In this document: one piece after another, positions 61,418-64,000 of the stretch
How positions within the stretch are numbered: position 1 is the first letter of the stretch
How the letters are laid out: every line of letters begins with the position of its first letter
From: the human T2T-CHM13v2.0 reference genome, Homo sapiens
NCBI RefSeq assembly: GCF_009914755.1
Contig: NC_060926.1
Reading direction: 5' to 3' (one strand)
DNA: 64,000 bases
Made by a program: the position numbers and the translations under genes
Notes under the pieces: model-generated
What the model was told of the DNA's origin: nothing
The model's database searches: none
Seen by the model: the letters and a program-made list of their open reading frames with translations, nothing else

Positions 61418-61949
61418 TCCTCCACAGGTATTCTGTTAAATAAAGCACCATTTATATACTGCCAGGCCACAGCTAAAGAGGATTCTTTACAGAATCAAAT
61501 TTCTTGTGGTTGTTCCGTATACAAGTAAACTTAATTTTGATAATAAGAACCACAGCGATCGGAGGCAATCTGCCTCTATAAGGTACAAAACTGGCACAGA
61601 GGACACCATATCATACACAGTAAAAATGCTGTAAGTTTAAATTACATTGTACAGGGCTAGGCAACCCTGTTCTTCCCAGACAGCCATATTAAATGAAAGC
61701 CACTAAAGTGAACTCTTAATTACATAAAACATATCCATTATCTGATTGCCCTTTAGGAAGTATACTGAAGATGCAAGTTTTTTTCATCTGGAGTTCTGCC
61801 TGACCAAGAATTAAGCCTATAAATCTATCTTGCCATTCAAGCAGAGAGCACTGGACAAACTGAAGCACAAAAACAAATAAGCAAAACTTATACAAACAGC
61901 ATGGGGGTTGGGGGTGAGGGACTTAAAAGTAGACATGCTACACCTAATG

Positions 61950-62557
61950 TCAAGAAGCAGCTTGGTTTCCTTTGCCAGATATCCTTGTGACGACATGGAT
62001 TGTAGATTCAATGGTCCTACACAGGGTATCTAAAATGTCATGTTGCTGCATATGACTAAAGAGTCCTCTGGAATGGCCACAACTGAGAGATAAAGCAACC
62101 TCAGGGTCCTGGGAGGGCAAAGCTTGGCCATCACAGCTTCTCAAGTCAGCTAAGTCAGACAGAACTGCAGAGATAGAAGTAGAAGGGAACTCAGATTCTT
62201 CCTCGGCTAGGGTAGAATCCTTGGAACAGTGGAGGTCTTTAAATTCTTTACAATCGTCATATCTACCATTGTTGGACTGTTCTTCTGCATGCTGTGACCT
62301 GATATTTGACATGTCTTCTGAAAACGAAGATGGAACTTCCATTCGGTATTCTTTAACAGAACTATTTTCAGGGGAAGGAAGATCTTGCTCAGTTCCTGGA
62401 TCAATAATTGAGGAGTCTCTGGTCTCATTGTCAGAAGTGCTCGTTGGGGTCAGGACCTCCCTGGTTTCTGTTTTCATGTCACTGATGCAGCTGTCTACAG
62501 TGTGCTCCTCATCACTGCTAACACGCCGCCTTTTAATGGGAGTTGCTCCTTCATCAT
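61950..62557 (-). CDS. USP34: USP34 final coding exon (acidic, low-complexity C-terminal tail of the deubiquitinase)
   Basis: (D)DEGATPIKRRRVSSDEEH...HDILDTLCRTIESTIHVVTRISGKGNQAAS*. Acceptor gttttcacag on -. Confidence 0.93.
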
Positions 62558-62757
62558 CTGTGAAAACACATGCCAAAAGGGAAACTTCTCTGAAAGTCAT
62601 TAAGATCACGTTAGGGGGGGATGTGGGAAGTTAATTTTGTTTCTAGCATTTATATTTAGGAGGTTCAGCTGAACACACAACTCTTAAACCAGTTACACCA
62701 AGTGTATTACTCCCTCCTCCCACCCTAAAGGTAATGATAGTAGTCCATAAAGCTAAC

Positions 62758-62917
62758 CTTTAGTTTTTCTTTCTTTGGCTTCTTGCTCTTGGAGTGAGTT
62801 TCTCTGTTGCAGACAAGTCCTGCATTTGCTTAAAAGCTCTTGCAGAGTTGGAATTAGAGCTGGGTTTAACTGTTTGGGAGTGTGTACTGACAGGAGCAAA
62901 GCGAGTGCCCTCAGGTC
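62758..62917 (-). CDS. USP34: USP34 penultimate exon
   Basis: DLRALALLLSVHTPKQLNPALIPTLQELLSKCRTCLQQRNSLQEQEAKERKTK(D). 160 nt; acceptor tttttgtag; donor AAG|GTTAGC; phase matches the last exon. Confidence 0.92.
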
Positions 62918-63063
62918 CTACAAAAACCCAGATAGGAACATTTCAAATTCTAAAGCCAACACTTTGATGCAGTTGTTTACAGTTAATTGCAGATGTTTAT
63001 TTTCCCAGGAATCCATTCTTTCCTAAGAATACCCTGGTTTCTCTGGGATTCTTAGAATGATAA

Positions 63064-63418
<355 letters not shown>

Positions 63419-64000
63419 TCATTAGTTCTTAAAGTCACTAATAGCATTATTTTATGCCCACGAACCAGTAAGTCAGACCAAAGCCTGAAATAGTGTTTTC
63501 TGAAAAATGGAAAAGGAAATATAAGAATTTTAAAAACAAACCTTGAAATCAGTTTCTCAAGTTAAAATTCTGATGGATGTCACAAATAGTAAGGTCTTCC
63601 TTACTGAGCTCTGTCATCTGTTTTGGCTTTTATGCATACTGTGATTTGGGAGGCTGCTGCTCAACATTCTAGCCCATTTCCAGAGTGTTCCATTATTCTA
63701 GGACATGGCTGTCATGGGAGTCTGCACAAGGCAACTAATGCTCTAGATTTAACTGCCTTTTTTAAATCAGTAGATCATTAATTGTTTCAGTTACATAGGA
63801 GCCATAGGCAGTAATAGAAACATCACAAGTATTGTTTCCAAAAATATACCCAAGTAGAGATAAGACCACTAAGATGTTCCCTTTATTACCTTTCAGCATT
63901 TAATGATACCAGCTTGTAGCTTCCAAGGTGATAGAGTGTGCTGTGTACATACAAGGCATAGTAAACGTGTATTTAAAACTTGTTTTTTTGTCGCACATGG

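Noticed and set aside
62558-62634. ORF-track N-terminus MILMTFREVSLLACVFT of the 219-aa ORF, and the antisense 137-aa ORF
   Set aside because: The first is intronic sequence upstream of the USP34 acceptor; the second is a shadow ORF of the real exon.

Overview
Human-type (primate) genomic DNA, not prokaryotic. It is very Alu-dense (about 60 Alu/FLAM copies), with old L1, L2, MIR, LTR and DNA-transposon remnants. From the translated exons I recognise the 2p15 locus. (1) A CpG-rich promoter at about 18.7-19.1 kb, probably bidirectional, drives C2orf74 (+). Its four coding exons (36342-38375) splice to a 194-aa single-pass membrane protein, using a GC-AG intron and carrying a PP1-docking RVxF-like motif. 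(2) AHSA2P (+, 51391-60638) is a 9-exon paralogue of the Hsp90 activator AHA1. Its lesions can be read directly: a degraded exon-1 donor, a +1 frameshift with a stop in exon 4, a His>Arg change in the NxNNWHW motif, and an apparent compensating indel pair in exon 9. An intact C-terminal-domain ORF remains. (3) The last two exons and 3' UTR of USP34 (-) end tail-to-tail with AHSA2P. Unexplained structures include a 160-bp, ~92%-identical inverted duplication upstream of the AHSA2P promoter and a palindromic 36-bp minisatellite. Almost all ORFs in the supplied track are Alu or L1 artefacts. I found no CRISPR array, RNA gene or clearly novel multi-gene system. Repeat subfamily names and boundaries are by eye and approximate.
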